Notes: generated by a model from the letters alone, not told the origin. Positions 9,169-18,054 are shown, counted from the stretch's first letter. The stretch: 64,000 bases of DNA from Deltaproteobacteria bacterium (GCA_030603275.1 JAUVYB010000008.1:98-64097); one strand, 5' to 3'. Made by a program: numbers and translations.

Positions 9169-9661
9169 CCCCCGGGCCGGGCGGTATGTAGCCTTTTTTC
9201 TTATCGCCTTACTGCTGGCGGTTGCCGACCAGCTCATCAAGTTCTGGATAAGGGAAAATCTGGCTATCGGGCAATCGCTGTGGAGATGGGGGATATTTGA
9301 GATAGCCCGTGTCCCCCCCAACACCGGTGCCGCCTTCGGCCTTTTCCCGGACCAGACGTTGCTCCTGGTCATAGTTTCCGGTATCGGCATCGCCTTTATT
9401 CTGGTCTACGCCTTTATTATGTACCGCCGCTACCCCTTTTTAGACAGCTGGCTTAGCCGGGTGGCGCTGGGCTTGATTTTAGGCGGTACCATCGGCAACC
9501 TGATTGAACGTATTCGCTACCTGCTGGGCCAGCTGGGCGGGGTCACCGACTTCATCCATATCGGCTGGTGGCCGCCGTTTAACCTGGCCGATTCGGCGGT
9601 GGTGGTCGGTGTTATTTTGTTTATATATACTCTCTTTCCCCTGGCCCAGAAGCGTGATTAG
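9152..9661 (+). CDS. lspA: lipoprotein signal peptidase II
   Basis: Motifs ADQLIKFWI, NTGAAFG and FNLADSAVVVG. The ATG at 9152 is preferred, because the longer track ORF from 9035 overlaps the dksA-like gene. Confidence 0.85.
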   Translation: MPKVNNPRAGRYVAFFLIALLLAVADQLIKFWIRENLAIGQSLWRWGIFEIARVPPNTGAAFGLFPDQTLLLVIVSGIGIAFILVYAFIMYRRYPFLDSWLSRVALGLILGGTIGNLIERIRYLLGQLGGVTDFIHIGWWPPFNLADSAVVVGVILFIYTLFPLAQKRD

Positions 9662-9666
9662 TCGGC

Positions 9667-10569
9667 TTGGTGATGGACAAGTTACACAGTCTTATCGTTG
9701 ACGAGGGGGATGTCCGCCTCGATAAATACGTCTGCCAGCAACTCCCCGAGCTTTCCCGTGCCCGGGCGCAGAAGCTGATTGCCGACGGCTATATCACGGT
9801 AAACGGCCAGCTGGCCAAGCCGGGGCTTAAGTTACATACCGGCGATAAGCTTAAGATAGCTATACCCCCCACCCCTTCTGAACAGTTGATGCCGGAATCT
9901 ATACCCCTCAATATCCTCTATGAGGACGACGACCTTTTGGTCGTCGATAAACCGGCCGGGCTGACCGTCCATCCGGCGCCGGGGCATACCAGCCATACTT
10001 TAGTCAACGCCCTGCTGGCGTACTTTCCCCACCTGGCTGACATCGGGGATTCACTGCGCCCCGGTATCGTCCACCGTCTGGACAAGGATACCTCGGGATT
10101 GATGCTGGTGGCTAAGAACAGCTCAGCTCAAGCCAACCTTATCGGCCAGTTCAAGTCCCACTCGGTGACCAAGGCCTATATGGTGCTGGTCAAGGGGCGT
10201 TTGACCCCGGAAACCGGCATTATCGAGGCAGCTATAGGCCGCGACCCCCGCCACCGCCAGCGCATGGCGGTAGTCGTCGGTGGCCGGGAAGCCAGCACCG
10301 AATACCAGGTCATTAAATATATCGGGGACTATACTTTGCTTGAGGTCAGGCCGGAGACGGGGCGCACCCACCAGATAAGGGTGCACCTGGGGGCAATCGG
10401 CTTTCCCGTGGCCGGCGATAAGGTTTACGGGGTCAGGGCCCCGTTTCTGTCCCGCCAGTTCCTGCACGCCTGCCGGCTGGGCTTTAGCCTCCCCTCCAGC
10501 GGGGAGTACATTGAGTTTAAGTCGGAGCTGCCGGAGGATTTAGAGCAGGCGCTTAAGGATATAGCCTAG
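9667..10569 (+). CDS. rluD: RluA-family 23S rRNA pseudouridine synthase (RluD-like)
   Basis: N-terminal S4-like domain plus catalytic HRLDKDTSG motif. The start could be the ATG at 9673. Confidence 0.85.
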   Translation: MVMDKLHSLIVDEGDVRLDKYVCQQLPELSRARAQKLIADGYITVNGQLAKPGLKLHTGDKLKIAIPPTPSEQLMPESIPLNILYEDDDLLVVDKPAGLTVHPAPGHTSHTLVNALLAYFPHLADIGDSLRPGIVHRLDKDTSGLMLVAKNSSAQANLIGQFKSHSVTKAYMVLVKGRLTPETGIIEAAIGRDPRHRQRMAVVVGGREASTEYQVIKYIGDYTLLEVRPETGRTHQIRVHLGAIGFPVAGDKVYGVRAPFLSRQFLHACRLGFSLPSSGEYIEFKSELPEDLEQALKDIA

Positions 10570-10576
10570 TTATTTG

Positions 10577-10727
10577 CCCCTCCCCGTTTTTTATCTTAAC
10601 CCACCCACCAACCCTTTAAGGTAAAGAGGGGGCGTTGCCCCCTCTTAAACACCCCCTTCAAGGGATTTTTAGAGGCGCAGCCTATGAGGGTGGGAGGGTG
10701 GGAAGCAGAACCAGCGCTAAAAATCAT
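10577..10727 (+). repeat. family B composite repeat
   Basis: Left arm cccacccaccaaccc, internal hairpin aagagggggcgttgccccctctt, right arm gggtgggagggtgggaagca. It parallels the copy at 17878-18054. Confidence 0.7.
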
Positions 10728-10803
10728 GCTATACCTCCCCTTATCCCCCCACCCTAGAATGTCTCCAGATTAGATGGTAGAATGGGTGACAGGATAAAGG
10801 AAA

Positions 10804-11436
10804 ATGGAAGTTCAAAGGATTGTAGATAGACTGGACAGTCTAATTAGCATGGGTGATGGGGTTCTGGCTATGAGAGAGGATGATGCCGTAAACGTTAGTT
10901 TGTTTCAACAATGGCGCACAAGTTCACTGGCTTTCTTGAATGCAGCCCTTGGTCCTGGTAGTGTTCACTATCGCGAATTTGAACAAAACTGTAAGTCTAA
11001 TTGGTATTACCAAGCCGCTCAAGGAGTAGCAATACTTCGAGCAGCAAAAGATGATATCGAAGGTGGCTACCTCCAGAAAGTGGATACGTTTGTTTCCGCT
11101 GAAATCTTTGACGATTTTTTAGAAATGGCAGAATATCTCTTGGATAACGGCTATAAAGACCCCGCAGCTTCGCTGACAGGAGCAGTCCTTGAAAATGAAC
11201 TTCGCAGAATGTGTAGGGACAATGATATCCCTGTTAAAAGTGATGATAATATTGGTTCACTAAATCAGAAACTTTTTCAAAAACCCCTATACGGTAAGCC
11301 TCAGATGAGGCAAATTAGTATTTGGCAAGCAATACGTGATAGTGCTGACCACGGCAAATTTGAAGATTATAATGCCGAGTCTGTGAAAGATATGCTTAAA
11401 GGAGTTAGGAGCTTCTTAGCCGAGTATTTAAAGTAG
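10804..11436 (+). CDS. hypothetical protein with C-terminal HEPN-like domain (R-x4-H)
   Basis: 210 aa in a visibly AT-richer gene. The C-terminal helical region holds IRDSADHG (R-x4-H) between helices AVLENELRRMC and VKDMLKGVRSFLAEYL. Confidence 0.5.
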   Translation: MEVQRIVDRLDSLISMGDGVLAMREDDAVNVSLFQQWRTSSLAFLNAALGPGSVHYREFEQNCKSNWYYQAAQGVAILRAAKDDIEGGYLQKVDTFVSAEIFDDFLEMAEYLLDNGYKDPAASLTGAVLENELRRMCRDNDIPVKSDDNIGSLNQKLFQKPLYGKPQMRQISIWQAIRDSADHGKFEDYNAESVKDMLKGVRSFLAEYLK

Positions 11437-11450
11437 AGAAAGGCTATTAA

Positions 11451-12911
11451 ATGACCCAACCCGTTAGAGTCCGTTTTGCCCCCAGCCCCACCGGCTACCC
11501 CCATGTCGGCAATATACGCACGGCCATGTTCAACTGGCTGCTGGCGCGGCACACCGGCGGCAAGCTGATTCTGCGCATTGAGGATACCGATGTCGCCCGC
11601 AAGGTGGAGGGGGCCGTTAAGGCCATCATGGAGGGGCTGAGCTGGCTGGGTATTGACTGGGACGAGGGCCCCGATATCGGCGGCGACTACGGCCCCTACT
11701 ATCAGTCGCAGCGGCTGGAGCTTTATAAAGAGGCCGCCGAAAGGCTGGTAGAGCAGGGGGATGCCTACTACTGCTACTGCTCGCCGGAGCGCCTTGAGGA
11801 GATGCGCGCCGGGCAGGTGAAGCTTAAACAGCCCCCCGGCTACGACCGCCTCTGCCGCGATTTAACCAGGGATGAGTGCGCCCGCAGAGAGGCCGAGGGC
11901 ATCAGGCCGGTGGTGCGCTTCAAGACCCCGCTTGACGGGCAGACCCCCTATGACGATGTAATCTGGGGCAGGGTTGTTATTGAAAACAGCACCCTGGACG
12001 ACTTTGTTTTGCTCAAATCGGACGGCTACCCGACCTACCACCTGGCCAATGTCGTCGACGACCATGCCATGGAAATAAGCCATGTCATCCGCGCCGAGGA
12101 GTGGATATCCAGCACCCCCCGCCACCTTCTGCTGTATCAGGCGCTCGGCTTTGAGCCGCCGCTTTACGTCCACCACCCCATGATTTTAGGCCCCGACCGC
12201 GCCAAGCTGAGCAAGCGGCACGGCGCCGTCTCCATCCTTGACTACCGGGATATGGGCTACCTGCCCCAGACCATGTTCAACTTCCTCTCCCTCATCGGCT
12301 GGTCGCTGGACGATAAGACCGAGCTGATGACCCGCCAGGAGCTTGTCGATAATTTCTCTCTGGAGAGAATCGGCAAGACGGGGGCTATCTTCAACCGGGA
12401 GAAGCTCGACTGGATGAACGGCGTCTATATCCGCAAGCTGACCGCCGATGAATTCTTCGCTGCCGTTCAGCCCTATCTGATGGACGATTTGGACGCCGGC
12501 AAGGCGTTAATCTCCGACGAAGAATACGTCAGGGCAATTCTGCCCTTGGTCCAGGAGCGGGCCAAGACCCTGCTCGAGGTGGCCGAGCTGACCCGTTTCT
12601 TCTTTGTTGACCAGCTTGACTATGATGCCGGCCTGCTTATCGGCAAGAACATGGACGCCGCCGCCACGCTAAAGGCGTTGAAGGCGGCGCAGGATAAGCT
12701 TACCCCCCTGTCAATCTTTGACCCCGATTCACTGGAGGCGGTGCTCCGCCCCCTGGCCGCCGAGCTGGGCTTAAAGGCCGGCCAGCTCTTCTCGGTGTTA
12801 AGGGTAGCCGTTACCGGCCGGGTTGCCGCCCCGCCCCTCTTCGCTACAATGGCGGTGCTGGGCAAAGAGCGCTGCATGAAGCGGATTGAAGTCGCTCTTA
12901 AAATGTTATGA
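11451..12911 (+). CDS. gltX: glutamate--tRNA ligase
   Basis: HIGH-type motif PTGYPHVGNIRTA and KMSKS-type motif KLSKRHG; 486 aa. Confidence 0.95.
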   Translation: MTQPVRVRFAPSPTGYPHVGNIRTAMFNWLLARHTGGKLILRIEDTDVARKVEGAVKAIMEGLSWLGIDWDEGPDIGGDYGPYYQSQRLELYKEAAERLVEQGDAYYCYCSPERLEEMRAGQVKLKQPPGYDRLCRDLTRDECARREAEGIRPVVRFKTPLDGQTPYDDVIWGRVVIENSTLDDFVLLKSDGYPTYHLANVVDDHAMEISHVIRAEEWISSTPRHLLLYQALGFEPPLYVHHPMILGPDRAKLSKRHGAVSILDYRDMGYLPQTMFNFLSLIGWSLDDKTELMTRQELVDNFSLERIGKTGAIFNREKLDWMNGVYIRKLTADEFFAAVQPYLMDDLDAGKALISDEEYVRAILPLVQERAKTLLEVAELTRFFFVDQLDYDAGLLIGKNMDAAATLKALKAAQDKLTPLSIFDPDSLEAVLRPLAAELGLKAGQLFSVLRVAVTGRVAAPPLFATMAVLGKERCMKRIEVALKML

Positions 12912-13981
12912 ACGGTCAGGGTTCCATCCTCTCCGGCTGTCGTGTCCTCGATTTAACCGATGCAAAAGGCCGGCTCTGCTCCCGCTGTATGGCCGATATG
13001 GGAGCGGAGGTTATCCGCCTGGAGAAGCCTTCCCAAAGCGCTGACTTTCACTGGGAGAATCTGGGCAAGCGCTTGGTAACCCTGGATATAGAATCCAAGC
13101 CGGGGCAGGATATGCTCCGGCGTCTGCTTAAGACCGCCGATATTCTGGTGGAAAGCCGCCCCCCCGGCTATCTGGAGACTCTCGGCCTCGGCTATTCCAG
13201 TCTCAGCAGGCTCAACCCCCGCCTGATTTTTGCTTCTATAACCCCCTTCGGGCAGACTGGCCCCTACCGTGACTATAAGTCTTGCGATATTGTCGCCAGC
13301 GCTATGGGCGGCCAGCTTTACCTCAACGGCCAGCCCGACCTGCCGCCGCTCAAACCCTTCGGCAACCAGAGCTACTATCTCGCCTCCCTCTTTGCCGCCA
13401 TCGGCGTTATGCTGGCGCTGTGGCGTCGCCATTCTTCGGGCAGGGGCCAGCATATTGATATCTCGCTGCAGGAGTGTACCGCCGCCGCCCTTGACCACGC
13501 CCTGGTGCGCTATCTTTATCAGGGAGAAGTGGCTAAACGCCGGGGCAGTTTGCACTGGAACGGCGCCTTCCGCGTCTTTCCCGCCAGGGACGGCTATGTA
13601 CTGCTCTCTCTGCTTTACCAGTGGGAGACGCTGGTGGAGTGGCTGGCCGCTGAGGACATGGCGGAGGACTTAACCGGCGAAAAATGGCGGGACAGGGACT
13701 ACCGCCTTGAGCATATTGACCATGTCATTGAGGTATTGGGGCGCTGGACTAAAAGCCACCCCGCCGCCGAACTGGTTGAGAAAGGGCAGGCGATGCGCTT
13801 CCCTTGGGCGGAGGTAGCCTCAATACCGGAGCTTTTAGCCAGCCCCCAGCTTAAGGAGAGGGGCTTCTGGACTGAGATAGAGCACCCGGAGACGGGTGAG
13901 AAAATTAAGTTCCCCGCCCCCGTTTTAAGCCGGTGTTTTTCGTCCCATACCCACCCGCCCAATAGGGAGCTTGAGCCGTGA
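12908..13981 (+). CDS. family III CoA-transferase (CaiB/BaiF-like)
   Basis: N-terminus L(S)GCRVLDLT...MGAEVI(R/K) typical of family III CoA-transferases. ATGA overlap with gltX. Confidence 0.8.
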   Translation: MNGQGSILSGCRVLDLTDAKGRLCSRCMADMGAEVIRLEKPSQSADFHWENLGKRLVTLDIESKPGQDMLRRLLKTADILVESRPPGYLETLGLGYSSLSRLNPRLIFASITPFGQTGPYRDYKSCDIVASAMGGQLYLNGQPDLPPLKPFGNQSYYLASLFAAIGVMLALWRRHSSGRGQHIDISLQECTAAALDHALVRYLYQGEVAKRRGSLHWNGAFRVFPARDGYVLLSLLYQWETLVEWLAAEDMAEDLTGEKWRDRDYRLEHIDHVIEVLGRWTKSHPAAELVEKGQAMRFPWAEVASIPELLASPQLKERGFWTEIEHPETGEKIKFPAPVLSRCFSSHTHPPNRELEP

Positions 13982-14985
13982 AAGATATTGAGCCGGGCTA
14001 TATCGCCCTCTACCGTTCGGGGGAGCTGGAGCGCCGGGCGGAGGCGCTTGAGGCGCGGCTGAACGCCTGCGATATCTGCCCCCGGGAGTGTGGGGTCAAC
14101 CGTTGGGAGGGGGAACGGGGGTTTTGCCACTCGGCTTACCTCCCGATGGTGGCTACGGTCGGCGCTCACCACGGCGAGGAGCCGGTGCTTTCCGGCCACC
14201 GGGGTTCGGGGACAATATTCTTCGGCAGCTGCAATATGCGCTGTGTCTATTGCCAGAACTACCAGATAAGCCAGGACTACAGGGCTCAAAGGCGCCACGA
14301 GGTTGAGACTCGTATTCTGGCGGAGAATATGCTCTTTCTTCAGGATGAGCTTGGCTGCCATAACATTAATTTTGTCTCCCCGTCGCACTTCGTGCCGCAG
14401 ATAGTCCGGGCGGTGCTGGAGGCGGTACCCCTGGGGCTTCGGCTGCCGCTGGTCTATAACTCCAGCGGCTATGATTCCGTGGCCACTCTGCGGGAGCTTG
14501 ACGGCATTATAAGCGTTTACCTGTCAGATTTGAGGTACGCCTCCAATAAATGGGGCAAGAGGTTTTCCAAAGCCCCCGATTATGTGGAACGGGCGCGGGC
14601 CGCCATCAAGGAGATGTACCGGCAGGTGGGCAACCTGGTGGTGGATGAGGAAAATATTGCCCAGAAGGGGTTGATTGTGCGCCACCTGATACTGCCCAAC
14701 GGCATCGCCGGCAGCCGGGACTCGCTTAGCTGGCTGGTCAGGGAGGTTTCTCCTCAGGTTACGGTGAGCCTGATGTCCCAGTACTTTCCGGCGCACCTGG
14801 CCCCCCGCCTCCCCATGCTGTCGAGGGCAATCACACCGGAGGAATATAACGAGGTTGTGGAGCTGGTAGAGGAGCTGGGGATAGAGAACGGCTGGCTACA
14901 GGGAATGGGTGCCCCGGCAGATTACCGGCCTGATTTCTCCGGCGATGGTTGTCCGTTTCCGCCGGTGGAGGATGTTAAGCGGTGA
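13978..14985 (+). CDS. radical SAM protein, PflX-like (PFL-activase homolog)
   Basis: CNMRCVYCQN (CX3CX2C) plus an N-terminal CDICPRECGVNR cysteine cluster. GTGA overlap with the upstream gene. Confidence 0.8.
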   Translation: MKDIEPGYIALYRSGELERRAEALEARLNACDICPRECGVNRWEGERGFCHSAYLPMVATVGAHHGEEPVLSGHRGSGTIFFGSCNMRCVYCQNYQISQDYRAQRRHEVETRILAENMLFLQDELGCHNINFVSPSHFVPQIVRAVLEAVPLGLRLPLVYNSSGYDSVATLRELDGIISVYLSDLRYASNKWGKRFSKAPDYVERARAAIKEMYRQVGNLVVDEENIAQKGLIVRHLILPNGIAGSRDSLSWLVREVSPQVTVSLMSQYFPAHLAPRLPMLSRAITPEEYNEVVELVEELGIENGWLQGMGAPADYRPDFSGDGCPFPPVEDVKR

Positions 14986-15001
14986 GATTCTACGCTGGCT
15001 A

Positions 15002-15145
15002 TTACCGCTTGCGCTTGGTAAAGCCAAAGCGTATCTTCAAGCCGTTGAGCTTGTCTTTCTTGTTGACATTCTCGATGAATGTCTTGAGGTCGAGCATGGG
15101 TTTCTCAGCCACTTTGGGTTCCTTTTTGTTCAGTTTAGCAGACAC
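15002..15145 (-). CDS. candidate unannotated small basic protein (47 aa)
   Basis: GTG at 15145 lies 7 nt downstream of an exact TATAAT (15153-15158) with TTGGCC 18 nt further upstream. Product is MSAKLNKKEPKVAEKPMLDLKTFIENVNKKDKLNGLKIRFGFTKRKR with G/C-rich third codon positions like neighbouring genes. Too short for the ORF track. Confidence 0.4.
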   Translation of the reverse strand: MSAKLNKKEPKVAEKPMLDLKTFIENVNKKDKLNGLKIRFGFTKRKR

Positions 15146-15188
15146 GGGGTTGATTATAGCATATGTTCGGGGGCTAGGCCAAATAAAA

Positions 15189-15278
15189 GTTATCTACCTC
15201 ACCCCCTTTATCCCCCTCTCCTTCAAAGGAGAGGGGGAAGATAGATTAAAAAGAGGGGCGAAGCCCCTCTTAAACACC
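15189..15278 (+). repeat. family A double-hairpin repeat, copy A1
   Basis: 90 nt. Hairpin 1 is tccccctctcc-ttcaaa-ggagaggggga and hairpin 2 is aagaggggc-gaa-gcccctctt. It matches copy A2 at 89 of 90 positions. Confidence 0.9.
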
Positions 15279-15298
15279 CCGATAAGAGGTAAAAAACT

Positions 15299-15922
15299 AT
15301 GGAATTAGATTCAGGCGGTCTGATACGGTTAGAGAAAGGGCAGGCCAGGCCGGCCAGCGAGGTCTTGGCCCGTGCCTTTATTGACGACCCGCAGCTTATT
15401 CGGTTCGTTACCGAGCCGCGTAAGAGAGTGGAACTGCTGCGCTCCATGTTCCGGATAGTGCTTTTCCACGCCGTTTTGAAGGGTGAGGTGTACGCCGTCT
15501 CCCCCAAGATGGAGGGTATCGCCATCTGGCTTCCCTCCGGGGTTCCCCATATCACGTTCCGGGTGATGCTCCGCTGCGGCGGGCTGTCGTTCCTGTTTAA
15601 GGTAGGCTGGGAGTTTTTGTGGAAGATGAAACAGGACGATGATTTCGCCTTCAAGTTGCGCCGGCGTCTGGCTCCTACCCCCCACTGGTATCTGGCGGTT
15701 CTGGGAGTTGACCCCGAATTCCAGGGTCAGGGCTGTGCCAGCCGCCTGCTCAAGCCCATGCTGGCCCGGCTGGATGTGGAAAAGCTGCCCGCCTATCTGG
15801 AAGCCTCAACCGAAGAGAATGCCCTGATATACCGGCACTTCGGCTTTAAGGTACTCCAGGAGGCGGTGCTCCCCGGTAGCGGTAGTAGAATGTGGATAAT
15901 GTTGAGGGAGAAGGGTGATTAA
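15299..15922 (+). CDS. GNAT-family N-acetyltransferase
   Basis: 207 aa with acetyl-CoA binding-type motif LAVLGVDPEFQGQGCASRLL and C-terminal YRHFGF. Confidence 0.8.
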   Translation: MELDSGGLIRLEKGQARPASEVLARAFIDDPQLIRFVTEPRKRVELLRSMFRIVLFHAVLKGEVYAVSPKMEGIAIWLPSGVPHITFRVMLRCGGLSFLFKVGWEFLWKMKQDDDFAFKLRRRLAPTPHWYLAVLGVDPEFQGQGCASRLLKPMLARLDVEKLPAYLEASTEENALIYRHFGFKVLQEAVLPGSGSRMWIMLREKGD

Positions 15923-15925
15923 AGT

Positions 15926-16015
15926 GTTATCTACCTCACCCCCTTTATCCCCCTCTCCTTCAAAGGAGAGGGGGAAGATAAATTAAAAAGAGGGGCGAAG
16001 CCCCTCTTAAACACC
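15926..16015 (+). repeat. family A double-hairpin repeat, copy A2
   Basis: Direct repeat of 15189-15278 with a single G/A difference (15244 vs 15981). Confidence 0.9.
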
Positions 16016-16061
16016 TGTGGAGACGTTGGGTGGGAGTAGATAAAGAAAGGAGGTAACGGCG

Positions 16062-16739
16062 ATGGATATGGTTGACTGGATTGCGGTTGGCTCAGTCGGG
16101 ACATTTCTTATAGTTCTAATTAATCTATATCTTATATTTTGTAAACCCTGGCTAGAAAAGCCTAAATTTGCTGTGGAATTTAAGATGGGCGAGCCATTTT
16201 GCGGAAAGACTTCTAGCAGTAAGCTTGACCCATTCATACCTGCCAATAAGGATGTTGATGTTAGAAGTGCTCATTGGGTTAGAGTTAGTGTCAGGAATTC
16301 GGGAAGGTCTGTAGCTCATCGGTGCCTCGGTAAATTAATAGAAATATGGAACAATGACGAAGGTAAAGTGATAGACCAATTTGACCCAACTCAACTTCAC
16401 TGGGTTACCACCAGTTGGGGAGAAGTGCCTTTTGGGAACATCAGCCTCAATCGTAATGATTACCAATATCTGGATGTAATAGTAACACAGCAAGGAAACG
16501 AGCACTTATATATTTGTGGTGATCAATTTCCATGGGCAAAGTACGAACAAAGAGCTATTAGGAATCGCCTAAAGCCAGGAAATTATATATTGCGCATTAC
16601 AGTTTATGGGGACAACGCTGATCCAAAAACTAAATATTTGAGCTTAATATGGGGTGGTCAGAATTTTAAGGATATATCTGTAGAAATGCATGATACCCCT
16701 AAGAAAGCAAAAGGTTGGTTAAAGGATAAGAAAAAATGA
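16062..16739 (+). CDS. hypothetical membrane-anchored protein (AT-rich ORFan)
   Basis: 225 aa with one N-terminal TM helix, then a beta-rich region and a Lys-rich tail. GGAGGT RBS 7 nt upstream. Composition is visibly AT-richer than its neighbours. Confidence 0.6.
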   Translation: MDMVDWIAVGSVGTFLIVLINLYLIFCKPWLEKPKFAVEFKMGEPFCGKTSSSKLDPFIPANKDVDVRSAHWVRVSVRNSGRSVAHRCLGKLIEIWNNDEGKVIDQFDPTQLHWVTTSWGEVPFGNISLNRNDYQYLDVIVTQQGNEHLYICGDQFPWAKYEQRAIRNRLKPGNYILRITVYGDNADPKTKYLSLIWGGQNFKDISVEMHDTPKKAKGWLKDKKK

Positions 16740-17872
16740 CTAACTCCGTCTTAAAAAACATCCGCATCCTGGACTTCACCTGGGTTTTGGCTGGCCCCTA
16801 TGCCACCCGCCTGCTGGCTGATTTCGGCGCCGAGGTGATTAAGGTCCAGCCCCTACTCCCTCAAGAAGAGGACGCCTTCGCCCGTGGCTACTATAACACC
16901 TGGAACCGCAATAAACTGGGCATTACCCTGGACATGGCCACCCCCGAAGGGATAGCTCTGGCCAAAAAGCTGGTGGCTTTAAGTGACGCCGTTGTCGAGA
17001 ACTTTACCCCCCGCGTCATGGCCAACTGGGGGCTGGACTACCAAAATCTTAAAGCTATAAAGCCCGATATCATCATGCTCAGCCTGTCAACGATGGGCAA
17101 TACCGGCCCCCGGCGGGGCAATACCGGCTTTGGCCCCACCATCCAGGCCTTTTCCGGCCTGACCCATCTTATGTCTTACCCCGGCGGGTCGCCGCTGGGG
17201 CCGGGCACGGCCTACGCCGACCATATTGGCGGTCTGTTCGCCTGCCTGGCCCTGCTCGGCGCTCTGGAGTACCACCGGCGGACGGGCGAGGGGCAGTATA
17301 TAGATGTCTCGCAGGTGGAGGCGATGACCAGTTTACTGGGCGATGCCTTTGTTCCCGGAAAGGAGGAGGAGGCACCTTGCGGCGCCTATCGCTGTAAAGG
17401 CGAAGACCGCTGGTGCGCTCTGGCCGTCTTCACCGATGAAGAATGGCGGGGCTTTAAAAAGGCTCTGGGCAGCCCGCCCTGGGCTGACGGTAAAAGGTTC
17501 GCCACTCTATCCGCTCGTCTCAAGAATAAGAAAGCGCTGGACGGCTTGATAGAAGACTGGACGCAGCAGCGCACCGCCGAAGAGGCGATGACTTTACTCC
17601 AGAAGAATGGGGTAGCCGCCGGCGTGGTGCAGGACGCCCGCGATTTGGCTCAAGACCCCCAGCTAAGGCAGCGGGGCTTCTTTATCGAGCTTGACCACCC
17701 CCGGATGGGCAAGACTGTATCTGACGCCGCCCCGGTAAGGCTCTCGGATACTCCCCCAGGCTATAGCTGCCCCGCCCCGCTTCCCGGCCAGGACAACGAC
17801 TATGTCTACGGCGAGCTTTTGGGGTTGAGTGATAGTGAAATTAATAAGCTCAAGAAGCAGAAGGTAATATAG
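16736..17872 (+). CDS. family III CoA-transferase (CaiB/BaiF-like), paralog of 12908-13981
   Basis: N-terminus IRILDFTWVLAGPYATRLLADFGAEVIKV. ATGA overlap with the upstream ORFan. Confidence 0.8.
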   Translation: MTNSVLKNIRILDFTWVLAGPYATRLLADFGAEVIKVQPLLPQEEDAFARGYYNTWNRNKLGITLDMATPEGIALAKKLVALSDAVVENFTPRVMANWGLDYQNLKAIKPDIIMLSLSTMGNTGPRRGNTGFGPTIQAFSGLTHLMSYPGGSPLGPGTAYADHIGGLFACLALLGALEYHRRTGEGQYIDVSQVEAMTSLLGDAFVPGKEEEAPCGAYRCKGEDRWCALAVFTDEEWRGFKKALGSPPWADGKRFATLSARLKNKKALDGLIEDWTQQRTAEEAMTLLQKNGVAAGVVQDARDLAQDPQLRQRGFFIELDHPRMGKTVSDAAPVRLSDTPPGYSCPAPLPGQDNDYVYGELLGLSDSEINKLKKQKVI

Positions 17873-17877
17873 GTTTT

Positions 17878-18054
17878 ACCCCACCCCATTTTATATCTTA
17901 ACCCACCCACCAACCCTTTAAGGTAAAGAGGGGGCTATGCCCCCTCTTAGATACCCCCATTCTCCAGCCCCTTCTCCCCCCACCCCGATAAGGAGTGAAA
18001 AGAGGTCTAACCTCTATTGGGTGGGAGGGTGGGAAGCAAAACGCTCTCTAAAAA
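17878..18054 (+). repeat. family B composite repeat
   Basis: The left part is almost identical to 10577-10650. The right 54 nt (18001-18054) are identical to 19406-19459. Confidence 0.85.

Noticed and set aside
11437-11450. A T-box or other riboswitch leader for gltX, or riboswitches elsewhere.
   Set aside because: The gltX spacer is only 14 nt. I recognised no conserved riboswitch cores in the other leaders. This cannot be excluded without a covariance-model scan.
14982-15308. The 108-aa plus-strand ORF spanning the spacer after the radical SAM gene.
   Set aside because: It reads through repeat copy A1 and has no RBS. Its sequence is hydrophobic and low-complexity. The opposite-strand 47-aa ORF with a promoter explains the region better.
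15189-16015. A CRISPR array formed by the intergenic repeats.
   Set aside because: The repeats are 54-175 nt long and separated by whole genes or irregular distances. They are not regularly spaced 25-40-nt units, and no cas genes are in the window.
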